64,000 nt of DNA from Eledone cirrhosa (taxonomy: Eukaryota): assembly GCA_964016885.1 (NCBI GenBank), contig OZ024742.1:278628001-278692000 (forward strand), in the 5' to 3' direction. The notes beneath the pieces were generated by a model, which did not search any database, was not told where the DNA came from, and worked only from the letters and a program-made list of their open reading frames with translations. Made by a program: the position numbers and the translations under genes. Shown piece by piece: positions 44,536 to 58,488 of this stretch (position 1 is the first letter of the stretch; each line of letters opens with the position of its first letter).

Positions 44536-45254
44536 TAATTAATAATTATATTCTTAAGATAAATTTTTTAACTTTATAACAATTATGACTTCTTATAAAA
44601 TAACCTATCGTTTATGTTTTAATTATAATCTTAAGATAAATTTATGACTTCTTATAACATAACATATGGTTTATGTTTTAATTATATTCTTAAGATAACA
44701 TTTTTTAACTTTATAACATTTATGACTTCACACAAAAAATGTTTTGAAAAAAAAAAAAAATTTTTTTGAAAGAACATTTTTTGAAGGTTTTTTTTATGTA
44801 TCCTTGGAGTCATTTGAGTTCTTAAAATATCACTTCTAACTTCCTTTATACTTCCTTACTGTTTTTATAATATAATTAAATAGCTATTCCTTTGTAAACT
44901 CTCGTAAATTTTCATAAATTTGGAATTATTTGGATGTTTAAGTTTTGACTTACAACTATTAATAAATATAATTTTGCCAAACTTACTTTAATCAAATAAA
45001 CTATACTAGATTTTCTCTAATGTAAAATACTATATATTTATTGAAATAATTTATAATCCATAACATACACATCTAAACGAATATATTATTACTATTACAT
45101 CCTAATATAATATAAATACTTCTGTTTTAATTTTAATTTTTAATTTTTAATATTAATATTAAATTAAATTTTTAATATTAAGGTAAATTTTAATCTTTAA
45201 TTTTGATTTTTAATTTTTAACTTTAATTTTTTCAACTTATCATTATCAATATTA

Positions 45255-46062
45255 CTAGCAGAATGGCCAGGCGTTGCTCGGAATTTGCTCTAGGGTTCTT
45301 ATATATTTGATATATATTTATCCTTATCGAACCTCGTGAAATAAATACGTTTGTTTATATTTTGTTATTGTGCATGCAAAAATATCTATCCATGAATATA
45401 TAATTATATATATATATATATATATTAAAATAACAGATTAAAGTTTAAGCAAAGAATCACCGCTTTCACACTTAACGGGATCTTCTGAAACTAAACAAAT
45501 CAATCTGTGAACGCAGAAAATGAATGGCTGCTTTCACCCTTAACGGGATATTTTACCTACAAGCAGTATGAAATACACTAAGACTAACTGATGTAATCTT
45601 TGGCCTTGTTTGTCTATATTTTGTTTTTGTGTATGCAAAAATATCTGTACACGAATATCTATATTAAAATAACATATTAATGTTTAAGCAAAGAATCGCT
45701 GCTTTCAACCTTAACGGGATCTTCTTAAACTAAAAAAAATCAATCTGGAAAACAGGAAGACGATACTTTGGTTCGTGAAGACGTTCCCTGGCATAAGAAT
45801 ATATATACACACACATACTTATCGCGTCATAATGACGTAATGCAGACAGTCAGACGTACAGACAGATATTATAAAGAGAAAGACTAAGAGAAAGAGAAAG
45901 AGATCGCTAAATCGCATAATGTGGTCCCTAGGGCATTGAAAATTTGAATTTTTCTTTGCTCAGAACACTCACTGTGTAAAGTTTGAAAACAAACGGTTGG
46001 GTACTTCTAGAGATTTAGGGAAACAAGCACACAGACAGACATCCTCTGTTTTATATATATAA
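45255..46062 (-). mobile_element. Non-autonomous Helitron-like element
   Basis: 3' end CCGAGCAACGCCTGG..CTAG|T on - strand; 5' region TATATATAAAAC..GTCTGTCTGTG; internal 70-bp repeat. Confidence 0.6.
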
Positions 46063-46476
46063 TAATCACAACGTAATGAACCATACATTCTAAATATTAT
46101 TCTTCCACGTTAATCTTATTTCTTCTTTTACTTCTTTCACTTAGATATATTTACGCCCTATATTCTTCCATTAATATTTATTTCTTCATTTACTCTCACT
46201 ATCTTCACTATCACTATGTATAATCGTTTTTTTCTCTTCTCTCTTTCTCCTTCCTTTTCTTTTTCCTTTCTCTCTCCCTTACATATCCTCTTCTTCCAAC
46301 AGTTTAATTTAAATAAACCGTTATATTTTCAACTTTTCGGACACTCATTTGCATACTCAAACATAACTTTGTATTACCCTCAATAAAATATTATCTCCAC
46401 TATCTAGGGAGCTCCAACCGTTAAGGTTGTCTTTTTTTCCGGGTAAACCAATATTTATTTATAAAACAAATATGTA

Positions 46477-46538
46477 TTTTATCTGATGAAAGCGCACCAT
46501 AATTTGCCTTGGTTGCCTTTGAAATGTATATAATAAAT
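46477..46538 (+). ncRNA. Hammerhead-like motif
   Basis: TTTAT-CTGATGA-AAG..ACCA..TGGT..CTTT-GAAA-TGTATA-TA-ATAAA. Confidence 0.65.
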
Positions 46539-46666
46539 ATGGTTTAATGAATATAGTTTCCATTTATTAATATATTGTGTATTTACACCACTAAATTGTT
46601 GAGTGCTTTATATCAGTTATAAAAATGTTTAAGCTTGTTGAATCCCAACAAATTAAATATAACCTC

Positions 46667-46741
<75 letters not shown>

Positions 46742-47104
46742 CCACTCTATCTGTTGTCTCTATATGTCTATCCGGTCACTCACGGTCCCTCCATCTATCT
46801 ATATGTGCGTGCAACAGAAATTTACTTTGTTATAATTAATTACGTCTTTAATTTCTATTTCCAAATACCAAACATCAACTGTGCCTGTCATTCCTCAGGT
46901 TAGAATAAGTATTAGTTAAGTATCAATATCAAAAGTTATGATCTTGACCAAGATGTCGGATGAGCAAATAATCTCCATTGGTATTTCTAGCAGGTTAAAT
47001 GACAAAGAAGAAGTTACTTCGCTGGTATGTACATTTGCACGTTGAGAGATTATTGTAGGAATAAGAGAGAATATAGTATGTATGTATATATGTATGTATT
47101 TATG

Positions 47105-47311
47105 TAATATCGCTCTCGAGTGGTACTAGTAACATGTAACCCATGGTCGGGTCGTCCGTGACTAAACCGGCAACCTCGCTAAGTTTACTTGGTGAAGAGA
47201 GTCTTTTTGGACACCCTACAGGACAAAAAACAAAACTTGACAAAGGGCGGAAGAACTCACAAGAGTCAACGGCGATCCAAAAATGTGTAAATATGTATAT
47301 ACGTCTATGTA

Positions 47312-47397
<86 letters not shown>

Positions 47398-47705
47398 CAT
47401 GTATGCCTGTGTATGTATATGCAAAGTGAAATAGAAATAATCGGGCTGGATACCCGATTGTGCGGTTAAACCACTGGGAGTGAAGGACTCCTAGCCCTTC
47501 ACAGGGCATTCTTCTAGGAGAAGACAACTCAGGAAACTAGGATATCTCCGACATAAAACCTGAGCTTCAGTGGTTACCGATGATGTCGGTCAGAGAGTAG
47601 GATTGGCTCAGTGCACAGTCTTTCCTCACAATAGCATTAATTGGTAATTATTAACAATGTTATATCGCGCAATGGCCATACTCAATAACGAGGGGGAAGC
47701 CATCA
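47105..47705 (+). mobile_element. Diverged RTE-derived SINE-like copy
   Basis: Similar 5' part and CTAGGAGAAGACAACTC; (TGTA)n tail. Confidence 0.55.
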
Positions 47706-47747
47706 TGTATGTATGTATGTATGTATGTATGTATGTATGTATGTATG

Positions 47748-47781
<34 letters not shown>

Positions 47782-47802
47782 TGTATTTATGTATGTATTT
47801 AT

Positions 47803-48370
47803 GTCAGGTCATGAGTTGGTGCTACTGGTAACATGTATCCCAGTACAACATGTCTCATGGTCGGGTCGTTGGCGACTAAACTGGCAACCCCATCAAGGTT
47901 TCTTGGTGAGGAGAGTGTCTTTGGACATCCTGCAGGACTAACAACCAAACCTGTCAAAGGGCAAAGGAGCTCTTAAGAGTCAATGGCCATCCAAAATCAC
48001 CGTTAGAGATGACACATTAGCCTTTGTCAAGGCAGAATTCTAGGAGCAGGAAAACTCTGATATAACACCTGCAACCCTGATGGTATCCAATGATGTTGAC
48101 TTGTTCCTCTTTTTGGTAAATATCATCTTGGTTAAGATTTGTGCAGTGCCTTTGCTCACTATAAAAGCTTCACGGCACAGGCATTGCTTTATATCTGGAG
48201 ATCTCTCTGCACTTGTCGTCACATGGTACCATGGGCCCAGCACTATGTGTCAATAATTGTCACAAGTGTAGTGTTTGTATCAGAGTTTTCAAGTCGCTGG
48301 CTGGACTAAAAAGTCACACTACATGGATATAAAGTAGTGGCCGTACTCGAAAACGAGTTGGCAGCCACCA
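47803..48370 (+). mobile_element. RTE-derived non-autonomous/SINE-like repeat
   Basis: Matches the reverse complement of 16513-17119; (TGTA)n tail from 48371. Confidence 0.6.
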
Positions 48371-49063
48371 TGTATGTATGTATGTATGTATGTATGTATG
48401 TATGTATGTATGTATGTATGTATGTATGTATGTATGTGTGTATGTATGTATGTTATGTATGTATGCGTGCATGTATGTAAGTGTGTGTGTATGTATGTAA
48501 GTATATATTTATGTATGTTTTTATATATGTTGTATATATGAATGGATCGATGTATGGATATATGTATGTATGTAAGTACGTATGTGCATATTTATGTATA
48601 TATGTACATATGCGTCGATTTATGATTTATTTATTCATTTATTTAAATTAAACGCTCGTATAGAGCTAGTAAGCTCTGACATACTAGGGGAAGTATCGAA
48701 TATTCCTTACAGTTGTATGTATGCATAAATGTATGACTGAATGTGTGTATGTGTGTATAAATGAATGCATATAGCGATGTACGTATGAAATTATATATGG
48801 ATAATTGTATGTATTTAGGCAGTTATAAATAATTACGTATTTATACAAAGACATTTAATATATGTATAAGAACAGTTTATAAGCCACGATGTGAGGACTG
48901 AATTCCAATATAATCTCTACACGCAATCTCATCTGTGGTTTTGCATGAACGAAGTTAGTAACATAATGCTTATGAAACCGATTTACAATTTCATAGCGAG
49001 GCTTACTGTGATAACTACATGAAATCTATCTTAGATATTCTTTTTTCTGCTTGTTAGATGTTT

Positions 49064-49140
<77 letters not shown>

Positions 49141-49177
49141 TTAAGTATATATATTTATATTTATATATATATATATA

Positions 49178-49877
49178 CTGATCAAGGACTAACTTTATTC
49201 ATATGTAACCCATTTGCAACCACGCAGCATGTTTATTCTCATATTTACACATATTTTTTCCCCCGCTGTGACCCGTCTATTTCGTTCTTACTGCTTCCTC
49301 TTTCTCTGTATCTTTATCCGCTCTAACAGTCACTCTCTCTGTTAGCCTCTTCCTCACCCTTCACTCACTCACTCTTTGTTACTACCTCTCCTCCTCCTCC
49401 TTCTTCCCGTTTGACCTGTGCGTAATTATTTTCTTTCGCACGCTTGGTCAGGCTGGTTCGCCTTTTTTCTCTCTCTCGTCTACGATTTCACAGAACTTAC
49501 GTTCACCGAATTCACAGACTAGATCCATTCTTCCTCCCGTTAGACCTGTACGGAATTCCTTCCTTGCTCACATTCCAACCAGGTTTGATGGTCTTTATTC
49601 TCTCTCGTTCACGATTTCACCGACTTATATTCATGGAAATTTGGGACTTGACTCGTTCTTCCTCACTTTTCGTTGCTTCACCATCTTTGTTTGTTTACAC
49701 TCTCGCTGTCCCCTTTATTTACGTGTCCCAACGACTTTTTTTAGCCGTTTCTCACACCAACCGGAGGTATATGGTGTTTAAAGCAATGAAATACCAATGA
49801 TGGTTGGAAGATCACTGATGAAGGACTAACTTTATTCATATGTAACCCATTTGCAACCACGCACCACGTTTATTCTC

Positions 49878-49880
<3 letters not shown>
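49178..49880 (+). mobile_element. Non-coding unit with about 66-bp direct terminal repeats in (TA)n
   Basis: CTGAT(C/G)AAGGACTAAC..TTATTCTCATA at 49178 and 49815; related 3' piece on - strand at 15795-15905. Confidence 0.6.
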
Positions 49881-49914
<34 letters not shown>

Positions 49915-49929
49915 TATATAAATACATAA

Positions 49930-49983
<54 letters not shown>

Positions 49984-50996
49984 CACCATAATCAAAATTA
50001 TGTTCAAATCATTTTATTGCTGACAATCCTTTCTTCCAAACTTTCGTTTGACATCCTAGGAGCCCTAGCAAAGTTTGGACATATATTTAACTTCCTATTC
50101 AACTGAATAATCATATATATACATGGATATTAATGTTGTCATCAACAGTATCGTATTTATAGAGTGGAATGGATGTGACAGAGATTACAAGAGAATAGTA
50201 TATAAATTAAAGAGACACAGAGTGGAATGCATGTGACAGAGATTACAAGAGAATAGTAGAATAATTAAAGCAGTATAGAGAGTGCAAATGCGTTAGGCCT
50301 ATACAGGACAGTTAGGTAGTAAACAAGCAATGGTACTAGGCATATATAATTACTGCATGGCAAAGGTATCACATAAAAATAACATAGGTTTACAAGCAAT
50401 CTTAGAATTAAAGAAGCACTAATTATAGACAAAACAAACCAACAATCAATAACAGACTAGAACTCAACACTCAATTTTTAACGTGATAGAGCACCTAGCC
50501 CCACACTTACACCTCCAGGCACCATCTCACATACACACACACACGCACGCTTACACCTTCACTTATTCTCTCTCACACACATACACAAACATAGACCAGT
50601 TTTAACATGATAGAGCATCTAGCCCCCACATTTACATATAAACATATCCTCTCACACTCACACACACACGCATGCTTACACCTTCACGTATTCTGCCAAA
50701 CACACTTAGACATACATGTCCAAACCCTTTTAAAGGGAGACAACCCCATTATCCACCTAACCTTCACTCTTTGACATCAGAATTAGAATGGAATTTCTAT
50801 ACTATTTCCTGCAAGCCTGACTTGGCAAGCTAATTAGAACACCCTTTACTTCCCTCCGAAGAAAAGATATTATCTCGAAAATTAAGGATATTCAAATAAA
50901 TTTAAGGTAAAAGATTAATTGTCAGCAATATCTTTTGTATTTGTATTTATATTCTATATCCATACCTGCATTGATCTGGCCTTCTAACTACAAATG

Positions 50997-51055
<59 letters not shown>

Positions 51056-51145
51056 CATATATATATGTATGATGTACGTATGTATTTATCTATGTAGAAT
51101 ATTTCCGTGTTCGTGCCGGGCTCACGGTCTAGATTTTACTTCTTC

Positions 51146-51178
<33 letters not shown>

Positions 51179-51509
51179 GCGCGCACATACGTATATATAT
51201 ATATATAAAGAGAGAGAGAGAGAGAGAGAAAGGGGGGAGACGGGGTTTTGTGTTTTTCAAATTGGTGTGAAGAATATTAGGAGCGCTTGTGAAAAAAACA
51301 GAATATATAAAAAAGGTCCAGACAATCTCTTTATTGAGTAATTCATAGTGACAAACTGTAGAATATATGTCGACATTGTGACGCTTTGATTGTAATATAG
51401 CCTTTCCCTTTTTACATCAGTATATACATGTATACATTTCACTAATCCTTATATAAGACATATATATAAATATACACGCACACGCAGACACATATACAAA
51501 CAACACACA

Positions 51510-51540
<31 letters not shown>

Positions 51541-51581
51541 CATATATGTATAAATACATATACATATACACACATATATAT

Positions 51582-51647
<66 letters not shown>

Positions 51648-51765
51648 TAATATGTATACCTTAATGTTCTACCGATGTTAATATCCCATCAAAGAAAGTG
51701 AAATCTGTTTTTTTGGAAAGATGGTAATCTCGAACATGTCATCGAGAATTCAAAACACACTCACT

Positions 51766-51848
<83 letters not shown>

Positions 51849-51869
51849 ACATATATATATATACGTATA

Positions 51870-52108
51870 TAAGTGGTAACAACAGTTAGTTCACCATACC
51901 GAGAACAATTGTTTCACCTTAGCGGATCGTCAGCCAGGTCGGACTGGTCATGGTATTCCGTATAAACATGACCAGTCCGAGGTGAAACTATTGTTGCGGT
52001 ATGGTGAACTAACTGGTGTGTTCTCCCACTTCTACCTAACTCGTTCCATGGACTGAGTGCTCTACCACTACGGATATTACCTTCCAGTGTTCTACATATT
52101 TTCTCTAT
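51870..52108. mobile_element. Fold-back fragment with HHR
   Basis: Inverted arms; - strand 51898-51939 reads CTGACGA-T-CC-GCTAA-GG-T-GAAA-CAATTG-TT; right arm about 75 nt longer. Confidence 0.7.
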
Positions 52109-52143
52109 CTCCCTCCCTCCCTCCCTCCCTCTCCCTCTCTCAG

Positions 52144-52200
<57 letters not shown>

Positions 52201-52313
52201 TAATTATTTTACCGCCAATTCACCCCCCAAATGATGTAGATAATATTTGTAGAAAATTCATCAGATGATACAAACATTCGTACACGAAAATACACACACG
52301 AACATATATATAA

Positions 52314-52364
<51 letters not shown>

Positions 52365-52837
52365 CGTGTGTGCGTGTATTTTTGTGTACGAATGTTTGTA
52401 TCATCTGATGAATTTTTTACAAATATTATCTACATCATTTGGGCGGTGAATTGGCGGTAAAATAATTACTGCCCTTTACATTCTGAGTTCAAAACAGGCT
52501 AAGATTGATTTCGATTTTCATCATAACGGGTCTATAAAATAAAGTAAGCCGGAAATCACAAGTGCCTCAGGCTGGTGTCATGATACGCAGTAGATCCACT
52601 GAGAGTTAAGAACACTGTGTTGTTGTTACGGCACACATCTAAATGATTGACATTCTGAAGCTGTTTAAATGATTACTGTTCATCTTGTCACCAGATAATA
52701 ATTTCTGAGACTTAGAGAGTGTTTTAAAAGCATTAGTCACTATAATTTAAAGATTTACAGATGTTTCCCTCTGTATTTTTCGTCCCTATTTCGTTCAACT
52801 GGCATAAGCCAGGACTCTGAATTATCGTCACTACTTA

Positions 52838-53017
52838 TGAATTGGCAGTATCGGTAGAGGGTCGGACGCCATGCTTTCCCGCATAGTTACGTCCCTTTAC
52901 GGTCAGAGTTCAAATCCCGTCGAGGTTAACTTTGCCTTTCATCGTTACGGAGTCGATAAAATAAAGTACCAGTAATGCACTGGTTAATTTGCTGGCCTTG
53001 TGCCAAAAGTAGAAACA
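52838..53017 (+). mobile_element. Nin/Deu-domain SINE
   Basis: A/B boxes plus Nin core. Confidence 0.85.
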
Positions 53018-53724
53018 ACTACATATAGACAACAGATATACACACACTTGAAATACGCACACTTCCGTAGTTTTGTCACTTCGGAAGGTGTAGTATAATA
53101 GAAAACATACGGTTCTCTGGCAGTGGTTATTTCCTATGTAGATCTTTGTCAAAAGGATGGGTCTTAATCTTGCAATGCAAGTGTTTGTCTTTTGCATGGA
53201 CAGAGAGATAAACGATGAAGATGGATTCTCAAAGATACGGCAATCCTCTGTGAAAATGGAGCAATCATGATGTAAGTACGTGTATATACATAAGTGTATT
53301 TATATATGCATGTATGAATCAACCTGTATAGATATGGAAGTATATGCCTATAGTAATGTGCCTATGCATATTTTCATCATTGCATGAAATTTTGTAGATA
53401 AGTGTGCATGCTTGGAAATTATGAAAGCATGTACCTATGTATTTATTTATAGGTATCTCTACCTGCCTGTGTGTGAATGTAATATCTGTGCGTTCATCTA
53501 TGTAGCTATGCATGTGGAAGCTTACTTATGTAAGCAAGTGTACGGCTATCTATACATTAATCTGTGTAAATATTCATGCGACTGCTTCGACTTATGTACA
53601 CATGTATGTATACGTGTATGCATGTATGTGTGTACGAATGCATACATAAGAGTATTTACATACCCTTTCTTTGTATGAATTAATCTATATGGCTATATGT
53701 GTAAGCATGTATACTTATAATCTA

Positions 53725-53776
<52 letters not shown>

Positions 53777-53809
53777 GTATGCTTTTACTTATGTAGCCAT
53801 ATATACGTG

Positions 53810-53875
<66 letters not shown>

Positions 53876-53901
53876 TTTACTTATGTAACAATAAATACGT
53901 G

Positions 53902-53956
<55 letters not shown>

Positions 53957-55690
53957 CTGTATATATAGATATTATTACTTTTCTTGTCTTTAATTCTTTT
54001 TAAATTTTCATTAAAAAGTAGAGCTCGTTTCATGATTGTTTCAAACAACGTGACAGAGATCAATGGGTGAAATCTAGATAACAACAATTCTAAAGAATTA
54101 CATACATCAATGTTACTAATGCTAATTGAATCTACAGAATTCCTGATAAATAATCACTTTCTTTGAAAGAAAACAGTAAGCGTTCGGAGATCTTTAACTT
54201 AAACACTTAAACCCAAGCAAGCTAATGATTACAGCTTACAAATGTATAATTTATAATCTAGAATTTGTAGCCTTGACATTAGTTCTTCGGAGATGTTCTC
54301 TTTCTCTTCACAGTTTTACAAACTTTAAATGAAATATTTACATTTGCCATTAGTGAGCTGGCATAGTCGTTAGAGGCCAATGGTAGATTTTTTGCCTCTT
54401 TGTGAAGTGAATTTAAAATCATTGTAGATCGGTTCAATTATTCAGGCCCTCTGCGCTCTTCAAATCGTCGTTGTCTTTTAACCTTTCGGGGGCCGACAAA
54501 ATAGAGTATTAGACAGGACACTTGAGCGTTAGACAAATATCTTGAGATATCCTTGCCATGTGGTGAAGTAAATGAATCATTTCTTTGATCTGGCACTGTG
54601 CGCTATGAGTTTAATCCTGCAGAGGTCAACTTTGACTTTTAACTTTCAGTATCAGCCCCCGTCGGTAGATTGGTGCAATTGTTCTGGAGCTCTGCACCGA
54701 GAGCTCAAATCGATATTGTTTTTTATTCTTTCGGAGTCGACAACATAGAGCGTTAAACATTAATTTGAAATGGCTCTCTGCGTATGAGTTTAATCCTGCA
54801 GAGGCCAACTTTAACTTTCAACTTTTCAGGCTGATAAAATAAAATACACAGTCTAGGAGAGTGCATTGATGAAATTGTGGAGACTTGATGCCTTGCGGTG
54901 TATCCATCGATCTATTATGTTCTGAGTCCGACATCGATGCCAATGGTGATACGCTGTATCGAATATTAACTTTCTTCTTGGACAACATCAATAGTACTAA
55001 GAGATGAGACCTCCCTACATGAGCGACAGTTGGCCTTTCCTAAAACATCCTTGCGTTTGAAGCTGAAATTTCTAGGTGCAGATCAATGGTCGAATGAGAC
55101 ATAAGGGGTTGCCGAATATTAAAATATGCCGAGAGGCTGGCATTAATATTGATTTCGAAATTAAGCTCAACACCAGCTATTTTGGGCGAGGGGAGAGTTG
55201 TTTATATCAACCCCAGTTCGTGACCGGTACTTTACTTTACGACGTCGGAGGGATGAAAGGAAATATATGAAACCGTAGAGTACAAGCAAATGTATCAATT
55301 GTGTGGGTGTGACTTGGTGCGCGAATGTATATGTATGTGTCTGCATGAAACAAAAACAATAAACATTTCTGATATCATGCAACCAGAATAAGATGTGTTG
55401 TTTGTGTTTGTGATATTCATTATAGAGGCTGTAGAGCTGGAAATACTTGAGGAAATAGATTAGTGCTACCAATGAATATGTTCACATGATTTATTTAATT
55501 TATATCCCTGTGTTTATTGAGAAAAGTCGCACAATTTCAATATATATGCCTCCGTGGTATTTTCTTCGTGGTTATAAGAGGCTTAGCTCTGTTTCTCGAC
55601 CGTTATATCGCGTGACTATCTCCCCCTCCGCCTTTTGGGATTCTTTCTCACGTCGTGTAGACGCGTTCTTGAGACTAGTAAAATGAGGTA

Positions 55691-55778
55691 TCCTCTTGAT
55701 AAGTCGGCAGACCTCGCAAGGACTCTATATCTCTGATATATTGTTTTTGTTTATGCCACGAAACTACGTAGTCGAGGA
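55691..55778 (+). ncRNA. Type I hammerhead, U3-A8 core
   Basis: TCCTC-TTGATAA-GT.GGCA.GAC..GTT..TGCC-AC-GAAA-CTACGTAG-TC-GAGGA. Confidence 0.85.
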
Positions 55779-56281
55779 ATTTAGGAACAGTTTAGGTATG
55801 ATACATTTTATTACTAATTATATCTAAATGTTTCTTCTCTCTTCATAATGTATTTTTAACTCTGATACTGGTTCAGTCTGGTTCAAACTGAATTGGTCTG
55901 TCCCAGTCGTTCATTGAGCAACATCGGTGAAGTTGGCACCCTTAACTCACAGTTGGGTGCGGATGCATTCATGTATATATGTGTGTGTCCGCATGTATCT
56001 GTGTGTTTCTAAATATATTAATAACTCCCTCTGGTCGAGCAATCTTTGAAGTGTGGGGACAACTGGAAAGCTTCCATTACTCATACTTCTCGCCTTCTTC
56101 ACTACCTCTTCTACGGCCTCGATATGAATACCCCCTCCGCCTCCGTGGTATTTTCTTCGTGGTTATAAGAGGCTTAGCTCTGTTTCTCGACCGTTATATC
56201 GCGTGACTATCTCCCCCTCCGCCTTTTGGGATTCTTTCTCACGTCGTGTAGACGCGTTCTTGAGACTAGTAAAATGAGGTA

Positions 56282-56369
56282 TCCTCTTGATAAGTCGGCA
56301 GACCTCGCAAGGACTCTATATCTCTGATATATTGTTTTTGTTTATGCCACGAAACTACGTAGTCGAGGA
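56282..56369 (+). ncRNA. Type I hammerhead, U3-A8 core (second copy)
   Basis: Identical to 55691-55778. Confidence 0.85.
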
Positions 56370-56629
56370 ATTTAGGAACAGTTTAGGTATGATACATTTT
56401 ATTACTAATTATATTTAAATGTTTCTTCTCTCTTCATAATGTATTTTTAACTCTGATACTGGTTCAGTCTGGTTCAAACTGAATTGGTCTGTCCCAGTCG
56501 TTCATTGAGCAACATCGGTGAAGTTGGCACCCTTAACTCACAGTTGGGTGCGGATGCATTCATGTATATATGTGTGTGTCCGCATGTATCTGTGTGTTTC
56601 TAAATATATATATATATATATATATATAT

Positions 56630-57053
56630 GGGGTAACAAATAATAGTTATATCCAGTCCCCTTAGGTGTAGTCCAGTTATGGTATTCCGGGTAGTGGATG
56701 ATATCAACGCTAGGCTTGGTTTGACTCAACAAGGCGTATTCATAGTGATGTTGCGAGTATGCTGTAATTCCTATGTTGTAAATACTTGGAGTAATAATAA
56801 ATCAGGAAAGAAGATTGACATGGTTTGCAATACAAAAAAGGTTTTTAATCTCATTGCTGACAATTGTTTCTCTGAACTGGTAGGTCTAGAGATCGCTATT
56901 AGCTTGTTTTCACGTTACTCGATCGCCAATACCGTGAGTAACGTGAAAACAAGCGAATAGCGATCTCTAGACCTACCAGTTCAGAGAAACAATTGTCAGC
57001 AATGAGATTAAAAACCTTTTTTGTATTGCAAACCATGTCAATCTTCTTTCCTG

Positions 57054-57058
<5 letters not shown>
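56630..57058. mobile_element. Fold-back PLE-like 3' fragment
   Basis: 123-bp arms 56798-56920 / 56936-57058 with HHR 3' half GAAA-CAATTG-TC; left arm 168 nt longer; (TA)n on both sides. Confidence 0.8.
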
Positions 57059-57097
<39 letters not shown>

Positions 57098-57163
57098 TCA
57101 CTATGTATTTTTGAAAATAGCATATATTTTCACTAGCTCTGACAGTTTGGCAGGTAAACAGTT

Positions 57164-57211
57164 AGCTGTACTGATGAAGGGTGATACCCAGAAATATTAG
57201 TGTCTGCAGTT
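57164..57211 (+). ncRNA. Type I hammerhead, canonical core, in the 57093-57346 insert
   Basis: AGCTGTA-CTGATGA-A-GGGT-GAT-ACCC-A-GAAA-TA-TTAG-TG-TC-TGCAGTT. Confidence 0.85.
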
Positions 57212-57366
57212 CTGTTCACATTTCAACACAAGAGCAAGAATGAAGGGTTCACTCTACTGACATGGCTTTAAAATTGAAGCTTGTTTGTATAATTGCAAAC
57301 GAATCGAATGTTATTATCAATATTCAAAGAACTCAGATTACATTTATATATATGTATATATATATA

Positions 57367-57451
<85 letters not shown>

Positions 57452-57733
57452 AGTAGTCATTACAATACAACTGGAGGAAAAATAATAGTACCGCTGATGA
57501 TGGCACAGGTGTGTGATGAAAGAACTTTGATAGACTATATATATATATATATTAACCTTTGGGAAATCAATGATAAACATTGATTGCCTGTTGAATTAAC
57601 TATAAGGATAGATATAAAATATACAGAAGCGAAAAACAGTCCAAACCAAACAGTGAATGTGTTTTATTAGAATTCCTGGCAATATTATAACAACATGACC
57701 CTCCCCAAATATAACAATACACACACACACACA

Positions 57734-57837
<104 letters not shown>

Positions 57838-58227
57838 GTAGAAATTTGGAGTAAATATCCAATAGTGACCTGTCCAGGTATTTAGGTTTCGTTCGGTTAT
57901 TTACCCCAACTCATACAGTCTGTCATATATTATATTTATGAATGGTTGGAGTGACTAACCCAACGAAACGTAAGTACCTATACAGGCCACTGTTGTAACT
58001 ATATATATACATGTATTGAGCAGTCTCGGTTACACATACTTTATTTATACATATAACTTTATAATACACTTCGACTGCTGGTGCACTTCTTAATATCTTT
58101 ATCAACTACTAATACTGCCACTAATTATATGCAACTTAGTATGACCATTTCAGAATAATGTTAAGAATGAATGTGTATATATACTCATCAAATATATATT
58201 TTGTTGTGGTTGATTGGCTTATATATA

Positions 58228-58272
58228 CGTCATCTGATGAGGGTACAATTAGATCCGAAAATCCATTAAAGT
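58228..58272 (+). ncRNA. Decayed hammerhead-like motif (relative at about 59376-59436)
   Basis: CTGATGA-GGGT..ATCC-GAAA-ATCCAT-TA; stem I weak. Confidence 0.45.
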
Positions 58273-58394
58273 TGTTTATCATTTTTTCAATTTAAATCGA
58301 AATTCTTATTTTCTGGCATGTTTACATGCCTACATACTAGATATGTGTATATATTTATACACATTGGTACAGTCTTGGTTACACACTATGTATT

Positions 58395-58488
<94 letters not shown>

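Larger units (their letters stand above)
55548..56609 (+). mobile_element. 591-bp-period tandem non-coding element (retrozyme-like, 1.8 units)
   Basis: 55548-56018 is near-identical to 56139-56609; TA-rich flanks; one HHR per unit. Confidence 0.85.

Noticed and set aside
49815-49880. CTGATGAAGGAC as a hammerhead
   Set aside because: No stem II partner or GAAA downstream in any of the three related copies
50851-50888. CCGAAGA..GAAA-AT-TA, plus similar weak hits at about 855, 9330, 30330, 33425 and 57494
   Set aside because: Multiple core or stem defects; cannot be told from chance in AT-rich DNA without a family consensus
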